Assembly (NCBI RefSeq): GCF_963921235.1
Contig: NC_086097.1
Location: 150,476,001-150,540,000, forward strand
Direction of reading: 5' to 3'
Length of the DNA stretch: 64,000 nucleotides
Origin: Mobula hypostoma
Taxonomy: Eukaryota
Made by a program: the position numbers and the translations under genes. Numbering within the stretch: the stretch's first letter is position 1; every line of letters begins with the position of its first letter. The notes beneath the pieces are model-generated. The model had not been told where the DNA came from. It did no database searches and worked only from the letters and a program-made list of their open reading frames with translations. This document shows positions 11,623-23,522 of this stretch, piece by piece.

Positions 11623-11794
11623 TAACACGTGTAAAAGGAACAGAAAATGTGATGACTGTCTGTCAAGGTGTTGACAGCTTCAAATTCTCTGTATTAGCTA
11701 AATAACTGTTAAAGATGTATATTGTGTATGTATCAGATAATGTAGTCATGTTTGTAATTTTTACCTCCCGGTAAAAATCCTTAAAGGGGGGAAG

Positions 11795-12655
11795 TGTTAC
11801 GAGAATACACATAAAATTAAGATGTTTGCTGGCCTGGGCTAGCATCAGTGGCATCAGCAGTTGGTCTGCCACCTGCCCTCAGGGGAAGGAGAGATAAGGA
11901 ACAATGGAGCAGCGTCTGGAGATGTGTAATGAAGGGATGTGGGAGGAAGAGCTGTCTGGAGCGGCTCCCCCCTTTGAACCCTGAACTGTTTGAAGTGATG
12001 GACAGGCGATACCCCAGCAGGGGGATAAAAAGGGACAGGTTCGCTAAGACAGACACACACACGCCACCCGAGGTAACGAGACCCTGGAAGCGGTGCGCCT
12101 CTCACGAGTGGGTGAGAAGTGCCAGACAACGACAAGGGTGGAAAGGTACGATCAGCGGGAACCCGGTGTGTGTCCGCCCTTGCCTGGGTGCCGGGTTCAC
12201 TGCAGAGGATCGACCGCATCTGGAGGAGGGGTCACAGTCGGTGACCTCAGGTGACATCACCAAGGACCCGCCCAAATGCTGTTTGTGAGCCATCCCGCTG
12301 GTCTGTGAGTGAAGCCGTTCTGAATGATCAGTTGTTCCTATTCTATGTCTCTCTTCCCCCACCTTGTCCATCGCCATGGCCACGATTACTGCGAACTGAA
12401 CTACTAACTGGACTGAACTTTGAGTCATTTTGAAATTGGTCATTTACCCCTAGACAACGATAGAGCTTGATTGATGCTGTTATCTTAATTCTGTGCACAT
12501 GTGTGTTTATCATCACTGAACTGTTGCATTTATTATCCTTTCGATTACTGTGTTGCTTGCTTCTTTAATAAAACTTTCTTAGTTCTAGTACTCCAGACTC
12601 CAACTGAGTGATCTATTTCTGCTGGTTTGGCAACCCAGTTACGGGGTACGTAACA
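11795..12655 (+). repeat. LTR 3
   Basis: Same as LTR 1/2 except 5 substitutions clustered at 12504-12614; followed by TSD ATAG. Confidence 0.95.
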
Positions 12656-13026
12656 ATAGGCACATGGATGTAAGGAAGATGGAGGGATATGGACATGGTG
12701 TAGGTAGGAGGGATTAGTGTTTGGGTGTTTCTGATTTTTGTTTTCAGTTGGTTTGGCACAGCACTGTGGGCCAAATGGCTTGTTGCTGTGCTGTGATCTT
12801 ATGTTCTGTGTAAAAGCGAGCAAGTGGCATGCTGAAACAAAATCATGAAATGCCAAAGAAAAACTGCTTGGGTCAGGCTGCATTTGTGCAAAGAGAAATA
12901 GAGTTAACATTTCAGGTCAAAGAACCTTCACTGATGATGTCGCATGGAAAATTAAATCACAACGTAAAAATATTACAGTGATTAATGTTTCTTTAAGCAA
13001 CATGCAGTATTTCAAACTCCAGATAC

Positions 13027-13165
13027 CTTGTTGCGCCACACTCTCCTGAGCGAGCACACCAGTCCCAGCATTGACATATTCATCATTGGGGTGTTTCTTG
13101 TGGTAATGTCTCTTCAGTGACCCAGCCATGTTACAGGAGTAGTGGCAGAGAGCACATCGGAAAGG
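13027..13165 (-). CDS. ZFAT: ZFAT coding exon 'C' (native copy): PFRCALCHYSCNMAGSLKRHYHKKHPNDEYVNAGTGVLAQESVAQQ(G)
   Basis: ttcag acceptor, gtatct donor; 139 nt, phase 0/1, in frame with exon B; matches recalled ZFAT PFRCAHCHYSCNISGSLKRHYNRKHPNEEY. Confidence 0.92.
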
Positions 13166-13452
13166 CTGAAGTAAATAAGGAAAACGTTACCAGTAAAATC
13201 TACTCCAGCAGCAAATAGAAGCAACAGTTACACCAGACCACTGAGATCACATAATTATTTGTATCAACAATTGGTAAAATAACAACAGAATTGATATTAG
13301 CAGAACACCAACAGTAAAGGAAGCAGGAAGGACTAGCTCAACAACAGATAACACCTACATGAACAACTGAAACAATTAAACATCTTTTAATAACATGAAA
13401 GGGCGGCAATTTTTGTATCAATGGCAGGGACAGGTACAACACCTGCATTTTC

Positions 13453-15790
13453 AATAGACAATAGACAATAGGTGCAGAAGTAGACCATTCGGCCCTTCGA
13501 GCCTGCACCCCCATTCTGAGATCATGGCTGATCATCTACTATCAATACCCGGTTCCTGCCTTGTCCCCATAACCCCTGATTCCCCTATCCATAAGATACC
13601 TATCTAGCTCCTTCTTGAAAGCATCCAGAGAATGGCCTCCACTGCCTTCTGAGGCAGCGCGTTCCACACCTCCACAACTCTCTGGGAGAAGAAGTTCCTC
13701 CTCAACTCTGTCCTAAATGACCTACCCCTTATTCTTAAACCATGCCCTCTGGTACTGGACTGTCCCAGCATCTGGAACATATTTCCTGCCTCTATCTTGT
13801 CCAATCCCTCAATAATCTTGTATGTCTCAATCAGATCCCCCCTCAATCTCCTTAATTCCAGCATGTACAAGCCCAGTCTCTCTAACCTCTCTGCGTAAGA
13901 CAGTCCGGACATCCCAGGAATTAACCTAGTGAAGCTACGCTGCACCTCCTCCACAGCCAGGATGTCCTTCCTTAACCCTGGAGATCAAAACTGCACACAA
14001 TACTCCAGGTGTGGTCTCACCAGGGCCCTGTACAAATGCAAAAGGATTTCCTTGCTCTTGTACTCCATTCCCTTTGTAATAAAGGCCAACATTCCATTAG
14101 CCTTCTTCACTGCCTGCTGCACTTGCTCATTCACCTTCACAAACTGATGAACAAGTACTCCTAGATCTCTTTGTATTTCTCTCTTACCTAACTCCACACC
14201 ATTCAGATAATCTGCCTTCCTGTTCTTGCTCCCAAAGTATAACCTCACACTTATTCACATTAAACGCCATCTGCCAAGTTTCTGCCCACTCACCCAGCCT
14301 ATCCAAGTCACCTTGAATTCTCCTAACATCCTCATTACATGTCACACTGCCACCCAGCTTTGTATCATCAGCAAACTTGCTGATGTTATTCACAATGCCT
14401 TCCTCTAAATCATTGATGTAAATCGTAAACAGCTGTAGTCCCAATACCGAGCCCTGTGGCACCCCACTAGTCACCACTTGCCATTCCGAGAAACACCCAT
14501 TCACTGCTACCCTTTGCTTTCTATCTGCCAACCAGTTGTCTATCCATGTCAATATCCTCCTCGCAATGCCATGAGCTCTGATTTTACCCACCAATCTCCT
14601 ATGTGGTACCTTATCAAGTGCCTTCTGAAAGTCAAGGTACACCACATCCACTGGATCTCCCGTGTCCATCTTCCTGGTTACATCCTCAAAAAACTCCAAT
14701 AGATTAGTCATGTATGATTTGCCCTTGGTAAATCCATGCTGGCTCGGCCCAATCTTATCACTGCTATCAAGATATGCCGCTATTTCATCTTTAATAATGG
14801 ACTCTAGCATCTTCCCCACTCCTGATGTTAGGCTAACACGGCGATAGTTCTCTGTTTTCTCCCTCCCTCCTTTCTTAAAAAGTGGGATAACATTAGCCAT
14901 TCGCTAATCCTCAGGAACTGATCCTGAATCTAAGGAACAGTGGAAAATGATTACCAATGCATCCACAATTTCCAGAGCCACCTCCTTTAGTACCCTAGGA
15001 TGCAGACCATCTGGACCTGGGGATTTGTTAGCCTTCAGTCCCATTAGTCTACTCATCACTGTTTCCTTCCTAATGTTAATCTGTTTCAGTTCCTCTGTTA
15101 CCCTATGTCCTTGGCCCATCCATACATCTGGGAGATTGCTTGTGTCTTCCCTAGTGAAGACAGATCCAAAGTACTTATTAAATTCGTCTGCCATTTCGCT
15201 GTTTCCCATAACAATTTCTCCCAATTCATTCTTCAAGGGCCCAACATTGTTCTTAACTATCCTCCTTCTCTTTACATACCTAAAAAATCTTTTGCTATCC
15301 TCCTTTATATTCCTAGCTAGCTTGCATTCATACCTCATTTTTTCTCCCCGTATTGCCTTTTTAGTTAAGTGCTGTTGCTCCTTAAAAATTTCCCAATCAT
15401 CCATCTTACCATTCACCTTAGCTCTGTTATACTTCTTTTTTAATGCTATGCTATCTCTGACTTCCTTTGTCAACCACTGTGGCCACTTTCTCCCCTTTGA
15501 ATCCTTCCTTCTCTGGGGGATGAACTGATTTTGCACCTTGTGCATTATTCCCAAGAATACCTGCCATTGCTGTTCCACTGTCCTTTCTGCTAGGATATCC
15601 GACCAGTCAACTTTGGCCAGCTCCTCCCTCATGGCTCCATAGTCTCCTTTGTTCAACTGTAATACTGACACTTCTGATCTGCCTTTATCCCTCTCAACTT
15701 GCAGATAAAAACTTATCATATCATGGTCAGTACCTCCTAATGGCTCCTTTACTTTAAGATCACTTATCAAATCCTATTCATTGCACAAAT
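13453..15790 (-). mobile_element. CR1 LINE, 5'-truncated ORF2 plus 3' tail
   Basis: ORFs 14904-15770, 14184-14900, 13985-14248 and 13604-13954 with KSPGPDGLHP, YLDFQKA.DKVPH, SGVPQGSVLG, KFADDTKL; (CTATTGT)n tail. Confidence 0.92.
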
Positions 15791-16509
15791 CCTGTTCATT
15801 TCAAACTCGACAGAACCAGCACTGGGCTCATAGCAGCAGCTGATCTGTAAGAGGTGGCAGCAACATCTACTGCAACAGTGAAGGCAGTAACTGTTGCAAT
15901 TTCTCGGGGCTGAGGATGACTTGCTTTCACTTTGAGAGACAGTACAGAAGCAGACCCCTCAGCCCATTGAACCTATGCACACTTACACTAACCCTATGTT
16001 AATCCCATTTTTAAATTCTCCTCACATCCATAGAGTCAATTATCCATCACCTTATGAGTACAAGATGCTTGTGCACGACTCCTTTGAAGGTGGAATGATC
16101 ATTCCCATACCAGCCACCATGTGGTCTTGATGGAGAGGGTCCTCGTCAAATGACAAGGAAGTCTAAGGCAACTGCAGACTAAACTCTGCACATGCTCCTT
16201 CTCCACATCATCATTCTCAATGCCCCAATCTTCAGTATGCCAGGCAATTTGCACACACTGAGTTCTTACAAAGAACAATATCATCATCACCTTATAAATA
16301 AATTATACGAGTGAGAGATACATATTGACCATAACAAGGGGAAGAGCATCACTGCTCTTTTTGGAAGAGCCGAAGCATTAGTTTACACTGCTTCATGAGA
16401 GCAAAGAGCTCATGAATTTTCATAGAGCTACCTGCTCTACAATCAATTCACATATAACTGTGTGGCTAAGAAAAACTCCAGTGCTTTCTTCAATTTGCTG
16501 ATGACACTA

Positions 16510-17295
16510 TGTCTCTAGTTCCTGAGGAGATTGACGTCCTTTGGAGTATGCAGGCCTCTCCTTCACATGTTCTACCAGTCTGTTGTTGCCTGTACAATTT
16601 CCTATGCAGTGGTGTGTTGGGGCAATGTCATCAACACGTGTGATGCCAACAGGCTCAATAAGCTGATTAGGAAGGTCGGCTCTGTTACAGGAGTCAGACT
16701 GGACACACTGGAGGCTGTGGTAGAACAAAGGACCCTCCGGAAAATCCTGGCAATTCTGGACAATGTTTCTCACCCTCTGCATGCCACCTTGGCTGAATAG
16801 AGGAGCACTTTTAGTATAGACTAAGACAACTGCACTGCTCCAAAGAGCACTTCATGAGGTCATTCTTACCCTTGGTCACTAAGCTCTATAATGAGTCAAC
16901 CTATAGCAAGGGAAGGGATAACCCCCTCTTGTTAGACGGTTTGAAAAGATCCTGACCCGGATCTGGGCCGTACCCTCCAAATGTCCGGACCTGCCTCTTG
17001 GTTTTTTTCTATATTCTATTTATGATTTATAATTTAAATTTTTAATATTTACTAATTTAACTATTTTTAATAATTAATATTTGTAATCCAGGGAGTGTGA
17101 AGCACAGAACCAAATATCACTGTGACGATTGTATGTTCTAGCACCAATTGTTTGGCGATAATAAACTATAAAGTATAAAGTAACTTATTTTTTACTCTTT
17201 CTTATTTCTCTTCTAATATTTGTATATCTGTGCACTTGTAATGCCGCTGTGACACTGTAATTTCCTTGGGATCAACCAAGTATCTATCTATCTAC
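16510..17295 (+). mobile_element. Rex1/Babar-like 3' fragment with a nested retroposon 3' tail (about 16946-17180)
   Basis: MFYQSVVA..ISYAVVCWG...HPLH; (TATC)n tail; the nested tail ends tttggcgataataaactataaagtataaag. Confidence 0.7.
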
Positions 17296-17544
17296 TGCTT
17301 GAACGAATTACAGATGGTGAAGAGTCAGCTTAACAGAATGAGATAGGACACCTGGTTTAGTGGTGCCACAACAACAGCCTCTCAGTCAATGTCAGCAAGG
17401 TGAAAGAGCTGACTGTTGACTCGAGGAAGGGGAAGGAAGTGAACTTTCACTTCTCTATGTTGGAAGTTCAGCGGTCAAGCGAGTCAGCAGTTTTAAGTTC
17501 TTGTCCTGGGCTCAACACATAAGGAAATCACACCAGTGTCTTAC

Positions 17545-18117
17545 ATAAGAACATAAGAACATTAAGGAATAGGAGCAGGAGTAGGCCATCCGGCCCATCG
17601 AGCTTGCCCCGCCATTCAATAAGATCATGGCTGATCTGTCCGTAAACTCAGCTCCAGCTACCTGTCTTTTCCCCATAACCCTTAATTCCCTTACTATGTA
17701 AAGACCTATCTAACTGTTTCTTAGATATATTTAGTGAAGAAGCCTCAATTGCTTCCCTGGGCAGAGAATTCCACAGATTCATCACTCTCTGGGAAAAACA
17801 GTTTCTCCTCATCTCCATCCTAAATCTTCTCCCCTGAATCTTGAGGCAATGTCCCCTAGTTCTAGTCTCACTTACCAATGGAAACAACTGTCTTACTTCT
17901 ATCTTATCTATCCCTTCCAAAATTTTGTATGTTTCTATAAGATCCCCTTTCACTCTTCTGAACTTCAGAGAGTATAGTCCCAGGCGACTCAATCTCTCCT
18001 CACAGGTTAACCCCTTCATCCTTGGAATCAACCTGGTGAACCTCCTCTGCACTGCCTCCAAAGCCAGTATATCCTTCCTCAGGTGTGGAGACCAGAACTG
18101 CACACAGTACTCCAGGA
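17545..18117 (-). mobile_element. CR1 3' end
   Basis: QFWSPHLRKDILALEAVQRRFTRLIP...RRNCFSQRV; (TTCTTATG)n-type tail. Confidence 0.88.
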
Positions 18118-18984
18118 GTACATTCTTAGGAGGTTAGGAAAGTTTGACTTGTCACTGAACACTCTAACAAACATCTACAGATGTACTGTTTAAAGTATCC
18201 TGATTGGCTTTATCATAGTAATTCAAAGGCGCAGTAATGGAAGAAGCTGCAGAGAGTCGTGGACTTTGCCTCCCCATCTCTGCATTATCTCCAGGAGGCA
18301 CTGCCTCAAGAATACAAAGATCCCCAGCATCTGGGCCAAGCCATCTTTCTGTAGCTGCAACGGGCAGGAGGTGCAGGAACCTGAAGTCCCACATGACCAG
18401 GTTCAAGAACAGCTACTTCCCTTCAACCATTCAGTTTTCGAACCAATTGGCTATACCTCAATCACTATAATTTAGCAACATTGACCATTTTGCACTAAAA
18501 TTGACTTTGTTTTTATTTGTACTTTCATGTATAAATTGTGTAATTTATGTTTTCCTTGTGAATGCTTCTTGTGCTATGTGGCTATGATGCCACTGCATTA
18601 AGATTTTCGTCGAGCCTGAGTGCAACAACTAGCCCCAATGATTCAGTCTCCAAAAGAACGATAGTAGCATCATTTCCAGCAAAATCAAGTGCTCCAGAAA
18701 CCACGATTGACATAGCTGCCTAATGATAATGAAAGGCAAATCATGAAGTAAAACAATGCAACTGCTATAAAAGCAGGACTCAGAGCACTAATATATACCA
18801 AACTGGAACTGATTCTGTAACTGCCTATGGTGATTAAATCAGTATGAATACAATGCAAAAAGGGAAAGTACTTGCTAAAAATATCGAGGATGTCCTGTGA
18901 ACTTCCACATCAAATCTCAAACACGCTGCAACTATTCAATGCTAATGCATAGATTAGGGGAGGGGAAGGAAAAGGACAATTAGG

Positions 18985-19580
18985 CAACACACACAAAATG
19001 TTGGAGGAACTCAGCACATCAGGCAGCAACCACAGAATGGCATAAACAGTCAATGTTTTGGGCTGAACTCTTCATCAGGACTGGAAAGGAAGCCAGATTA
19101 AGAAAATCGGAGGAGGGGAAGGACAATCACCTGCAGGTGATAAGTGAAGTCAATTGAGAAGGAAGGTGGGTGGGTGGGAGAAGAAGAGATGGTGAGCTTG
19201 GAGATAATAGATAGAAAAGGTAAAGGGCTGAAGAAGAAGGTATCTGATAGAAACGGAGAGTGGACCATAGGAGAAAGGCAAGGAGATGGGCACCAGAGGG
19301 AGGTGATGAGCAGGTGAGAAAAGAAGGGATGAGATGTGAACCAGAATGGGGAATGGAAAAAGAAAGAAGGAAGAGGGGGAGAAATTACCAGAAGTTAGAA
19401 AAATCAATGTTCATGCCATCATGTTGGAGGCTACCCAGAAAGAATATGAGGTTTTGCTCCTCCAACCTGAGAGTGGCCTCAACTTGGCCGTAGAGGAGGC
19501 CATGGAACTGGAATGGGAAGTAGAATTAAAATGGGTGGCCGCCAAGAAGTCCTATCTGTTGTGGCAGTTGGAGTTAAGAT
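18985..19580 (-). mobile_element. Penelope-like element 3' end (GIY-YIG C-terminus plus terminal repeat)
   Basis: Minus strand reads LRLEEQNLIFFLGSLQHDGMNIDFS, followed by a pyrimidine-rich tract and the cctgatgaag...ctgagttcctccaacattttgtgtgtgtt repeat. Confidence 0.7.
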
Positions 19581-19613
19581 TCCTAATCCTTATTATAGAT
19601 AATTAATCTTTAC

Positions 19614-19702
19614 CTTAAAGGCAGCATGTTGCTCCATGTGCCGAAGAAGGTTTGGTTTTTGGGCAGCGGTGTAGTCACAAACTGTACACTTAAACTGTTT
19701 AC
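19614..19702 (-). CDS. ZFAT: ZFAT coding exon 'B': (G)KQFKCTVCDYTAAQKPNLLRHMEQHAAFK
   Basis: tgtag acceptor, gtaaag donor; 89 nt, phase 1/0, joins exon A in frame; matches recalled ZFAT GKQFKCTVCDYTAAQKPQLLRHMEQHVSFK. Confidence 0.92.
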
Positions 19703-19856
19703 CTACAAGCAAGAAAACAATGGCGATTGAGATAAGTTACATACTTACTGCTTATTTAACCAATTTGACACTCTGGAACTTGGTTAAAATTGATCAAATT
19801 AACAACAAGGTTAATAAATAATAACAGAATCAAAGAGTCATTGTGGAATGGTAATA

Positions 19857-21381
19857 CAGATTTCCCCCGCCATCTGAAGGTATAGCGTTCCTATGAAATG
19901 GTTCCTAAGCCAAAATGTTGTAAAGCGAAGAAGCAATTACCATTTATTTATATGGGAAAATTTTGTGAGCGTTCGCAAACCCAAAAATAACCTACCAAAT
20001 CATGCCAAATAACACATAGAACCTAAAATAACAGTAACATATAGTAAAAGCAGGAATGATATGATAAATACACAGCCTATATAAAGTAGAAATACTTTTC
20101 CACAATCATTACTGAACTGTTCTCCGTAGCGAAAATCTCACGCAAGCGTTGTTGGCAAAAACACGGCGCAAGCGCTCTCCAGTAACCTTTAAGCTATGAA
20201 GTTGCCAAATCATACCAAATAACACGTAAAAATACATAGCCTATATAAAGTAGAAATAATGTATGTACAGTGTAGTATCACTTACTGGAATCGGGAAGAC
20301 AGCGCCGAGCACACGGATGATGGTGTGTTAGGCTGAGTCGTCGCAGGTTGGGTGGTGCAGTGGCCCCCACCCTCCAGGCTGCCAAGCAATACATTGCCGC
20401 GAAGCACGCAGGGGTCCAGCGGTAGCCGGAAGGCACACAGCACATCTTAAGAAAAAAGCCGAAACAAACATGAGAATTAATTAGGTGCCGCCCGACATGT
20501 AATTGTCGGCCCAGATCAGTGCCGATTGCCAATTGCATCATCTTTGATCTGGGCCGACATTTACATGTCGGTGGCACCTAATTAATTAGCATGTTTATTT
20601 CGGCTTTTTTCTTAAAGATGTGCTGTGTGCCTCCCGGCTACCGTTGCATTCTCCGCGAATTGGTAACTGTCCGTGGCCTGGGGATTGGGGTGGTGGGACA
20701 CTGGGGTGTCATCTCATCGTCTGTTTCCATTAGAGCAGGCAGCTCATCTTCTCCTATGACTGCTCGCCTCGATGTTGAAGGTCGAGGTTCGTCGTCTGCT
20801 GTGGCTGATGTGGAAGGCTTGCTTGACTGCTCAGCCTTGCGCATTTTTCTATCACACAGTTCTTTGTAAGGACTCAAACCATCCTGCAAATATCCCCTAA
20901 ACCGACGTAGCCTTTCAAAATTAAAGTCATACTTTATCATTACTCATTCGGTTTCAATTGTTATCCTTTTTTCTTCCAATTGCATCTGCTCTTCATCTGT
21001 CAGTTCTTGGTGATGCGATGCCAAAACCTCTTCAACATCATGTTAGTCAGCTTCCACAAGCCAAACTCACTTAGTCCTTACTTCGTTCACCACGGTCGAA
21101 ATGCTTAATTATGTCCAGTTTTATGCTAAGTGTAACACCCTTACGAGCTCTTTCAGGCTTTTCCAATACCATAGAACTCATCTTGCAAACGGCTGCTTAC
21201 AGGCACGTGTTTAAGCTATGCTATTCCGAATCCAGGGCAGAGCGGCTGCCTTTTATCGCGCGCTGATTTTTTTTTCGTAACAGTGAAAACACCCTCTGAA
21301 AGCAAAAACAGGGTACTAATGTAGGTCTTTTGTAACAGTGAGGTTTCGTAAAGTGAACGTTCGAAAAGCGGGGGACACCTG
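19857..21381 (-). mobile_element. pogo/Tigger-like non-autonomous DNA transposon
   Basis: TA flanks; imperfect 25-bp TIRs (cagatttcccccgcc.. / ..gcgggggacacctg); transposase C-terminal remnants DVEEVLASHHQELTDEE and DFNFERLRRF...YKEL. Confidence 0.8.
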
Positions 21382-21409
21382 TAGTATATCTTAACTGACA
21401 ATCAATACA

Positions 21410-22160
21410 GGTTGCATGCTTAGCCCACTACTCTCTCTACACTCATGATTGTGTGACAAAGCTCAGATCAAATATCATCTATAAATTTGCCAGTGACGTT
21501 ACTGTTGTTGATAGAATATCAGATGACCATGGGGAGACATATGGAGTGGGTTAGTCAGGCTGGTTGAGTGTTATCGCAACAATACCCTCATATCTTGGCA
21601 AACCTCTATAGATGAGTGGTGGAAAGTGTGCTGACTGGCTGCATCACAGCCTGGAAAGGCAGCACCAATGCCTTTGAGCAGAAAATCCTGCAAAGGTAGT
21701 GGATTCAGAAAACCCTCCCAACCATTGAGCACATCTACATGAAACGTTGCTGTAGAAAAGCAGCATCCATCATCAAAGATCCTCACCACCAGCTCTTTTC
21801 TTGCAGCTGCCATCAGGTAGAAGGCACAAGTGCCTCAGGACTTGCACCAGCAGGTTCAAGACAGTCACTACCTCTCAACCATCAGGCTCTTGAATAAAAG
21901 GGAATAGCTACACTCATTCTACTTCTGGTGTTTCCACAACCGATGGTTTCACTTTAAGGACTCTTTATCTTGTTATTTCATGCTTACTATTTAATGCTCT
22001 TTATTTATGCATTTAATGCATTTGCACACTTTGTTGTCCATTGATCCTGTTTACAGTTACTGTTCTATAGATTTGCTAAGTATTCCCGCAGAAAAAGAAT
22101 CTTAGGGTTGTATGTGGTGACGTGTATGCACTCTGATAATAAATTTTATTTTGAACTTTG
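21410..22160 (+). mobile_element. Decayed Rex1/Babar-like LINE fragment
   Basis: Similar to 60-990 and 56690-58945; tail ctgataataaattttattttgaactttga. Confidence 0.65.
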
Positions 22161-23255
22161 ATACTCAATCTCAGCAAGAATTGAGTATCAAAGAATTGAT
22201 TATGGACTTCAGGAAGGGGAAACTGGGAGAACGCACACCAGATCTCACCGAGGGGTCAACAGTGCTAAGAGTGAGTACCTACCTTCATTCCTTTGTCACA
22301 TCTCGGAGGATCAGTCCTAGGGTCAACACATTGATATAATCACAAATTAGGCACAGCACTTTACTCTATTAGGAGTTTGATGAGATACAGCACGTCATAT
22401 GAGACGTGTAACAGTATGGCACATCGGATGTGTAATGGTATGTCACATCGGACGTGTAATAGAGACTAACAGTATTGTGAACAAAGGAAAAAGCAGAGAA
22501 TTTGTGGAAGGTGGAAGACTGAGGTCAAACTTTTAAATTGTTTACAACTTAACTTAGAAATCAAAGATAAGTAGTTGCTTGAGCTGGAAACCTAATGCTA
22601 CCCAAAAGACACAACCTACTTGTGATAAGGGTAAAGACAATTGGAAAGAAAGCTGAAACACAACCACAGAACCTTGGACAATAGACAATAGACAATACAC
22701 AACAGGTGCAGAAGTAGGCCATTCGGCCCTTCGAGAGCAGTAGGTCACCCAAAGTGGAAGATGGGAAGTATAAAAATGATATTTTGAAAGGATTCAATTT
22801 ATTGGAAGCATCCAACATCTTTTGTCAACAGGTTTGCCACTGTCTTTCTGGTATCAAGATGTGTTTGGCATCTATTTGGTATCAAGATCCTATTACGGTG
22901 AAGCATTACAGTTTCTTTGGGCTCCCAGGAAAAGACCAAGTGTTTCCTGGATCTGTAGCCATGACTTATGAACTTCTGTTAAAACTAGCAGGCCCCTTTT
23001 TTCCTATCCATTATGAACTCAATTGTTGACCTATTCATGATCGCCCAGTTGCTCAACTTAAAATATACAAAATGATATATAGAGTCTTAGTCAAAACCAG
23101 TAATTATGTCAACATTGGCATCAAACAAATTACAAAAGCTTTTCAGAACAACATTTAGAAAGTCCATGCAAAGAGTAAAATAAAATATCAAAAAACTGCA
23201 TATGTTAGAAGCTTGAAATGAAAAAGGAGGCTGGAGACACTCAGCAAGCCAGGCA

Positions 23256-23522
23256 AGAAATGAGTATGGTGGTAGCCTTGGATGCAGAAAAAGCATTTGA
23301 TAGATTGGAATGGGATTTTTTATTTAAAGTATTAGAAAAATATGGGTTAGGTGTACATTTTATAAACTGGATTAAAACTTTAAACACTAATCCTAACGCT
23401 AAAGTAGTGACAAATAGTCAAATTTCAGCACCATTCCAGTTAAAAAGGTCAACTAGACAAGGTTGCCCATTATCACCTGCTTTATTCGTATTGGCGATAG
23501 AACCATTAGCAGAACTAATTAG
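23256..23522 (+). mobile_element. 5' stub of a 5'-truncated L1 (RT region), cut by the duplication junction
   Basis: VVALDAEKAFDRLEWDFLF...RQGCPLSPALFVLAIEPLAELIR; preceded by TSD half agcaagccaggca. Confidence 0.9.

Larger units (their letters stand above)
3555..12655 (+). mobile_element. Tandem Gmr1-like Ty3/Gypsy LTR retrotransposon, LTR-int-LTR-int-LTR, 4120-bp period, probably non-autonomous
   Basis: Three 861-bp LTRs with TGTTACG...CGTAACA ends; 4-bp TSD ATAG at 3551-3554 and 12656-12659; PBS, PPT and gag-pro ORF in each unit. Confidence 0.95.
3095..12810 (+). mobile_element. CR1 3' fragment split by the LTR tandem (3095-3554 plus 12656-12810); uninterrupted mirror at about 24900-25510
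   Basis: ALERVKNRFTRMPPG...ERLDKLGVFSL...RGDLI; the 3'UTR resumes after LTR 3. Confidence 0.8.
1..14191. repeat. Left (native) arm of large inverted duplication, interrupted by the LTR tandem; continues beyond window start
   Basis: 1-3554 is the reverse complement of 25051-28604 (coordinates sum to 28605). 12656-14191 is the reverse complement of 23519-25054 (sum 37710). Mirrored ORFs in the track translate almost identically. Confidence 0.97.

Noticed and set aside
12917..13129. 70-aa ORF MAGSLKRHY... (and mirror 24581-24793) as a standalone protein
   Set aside because: It is part of ZFAT exon C read through into the intron.
22395..22460. Short tandem cacatcgga.gtgtaa repeats (similar small duplications at 63460-63520)
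   Set aside because: Only two to three degenerate units; ordinary slippage duplications.
14191..23519. Simple fold-back (palindromic read) artefact
   Set aside because: The arms are separated by a 9.3-kb unique spacer, differ by substitutions and a 9.1-kb insertion, and end at a microhomology inside an L1 whose TSD partner is at 53825. A haplotype misjoin is still not excluded without reads.
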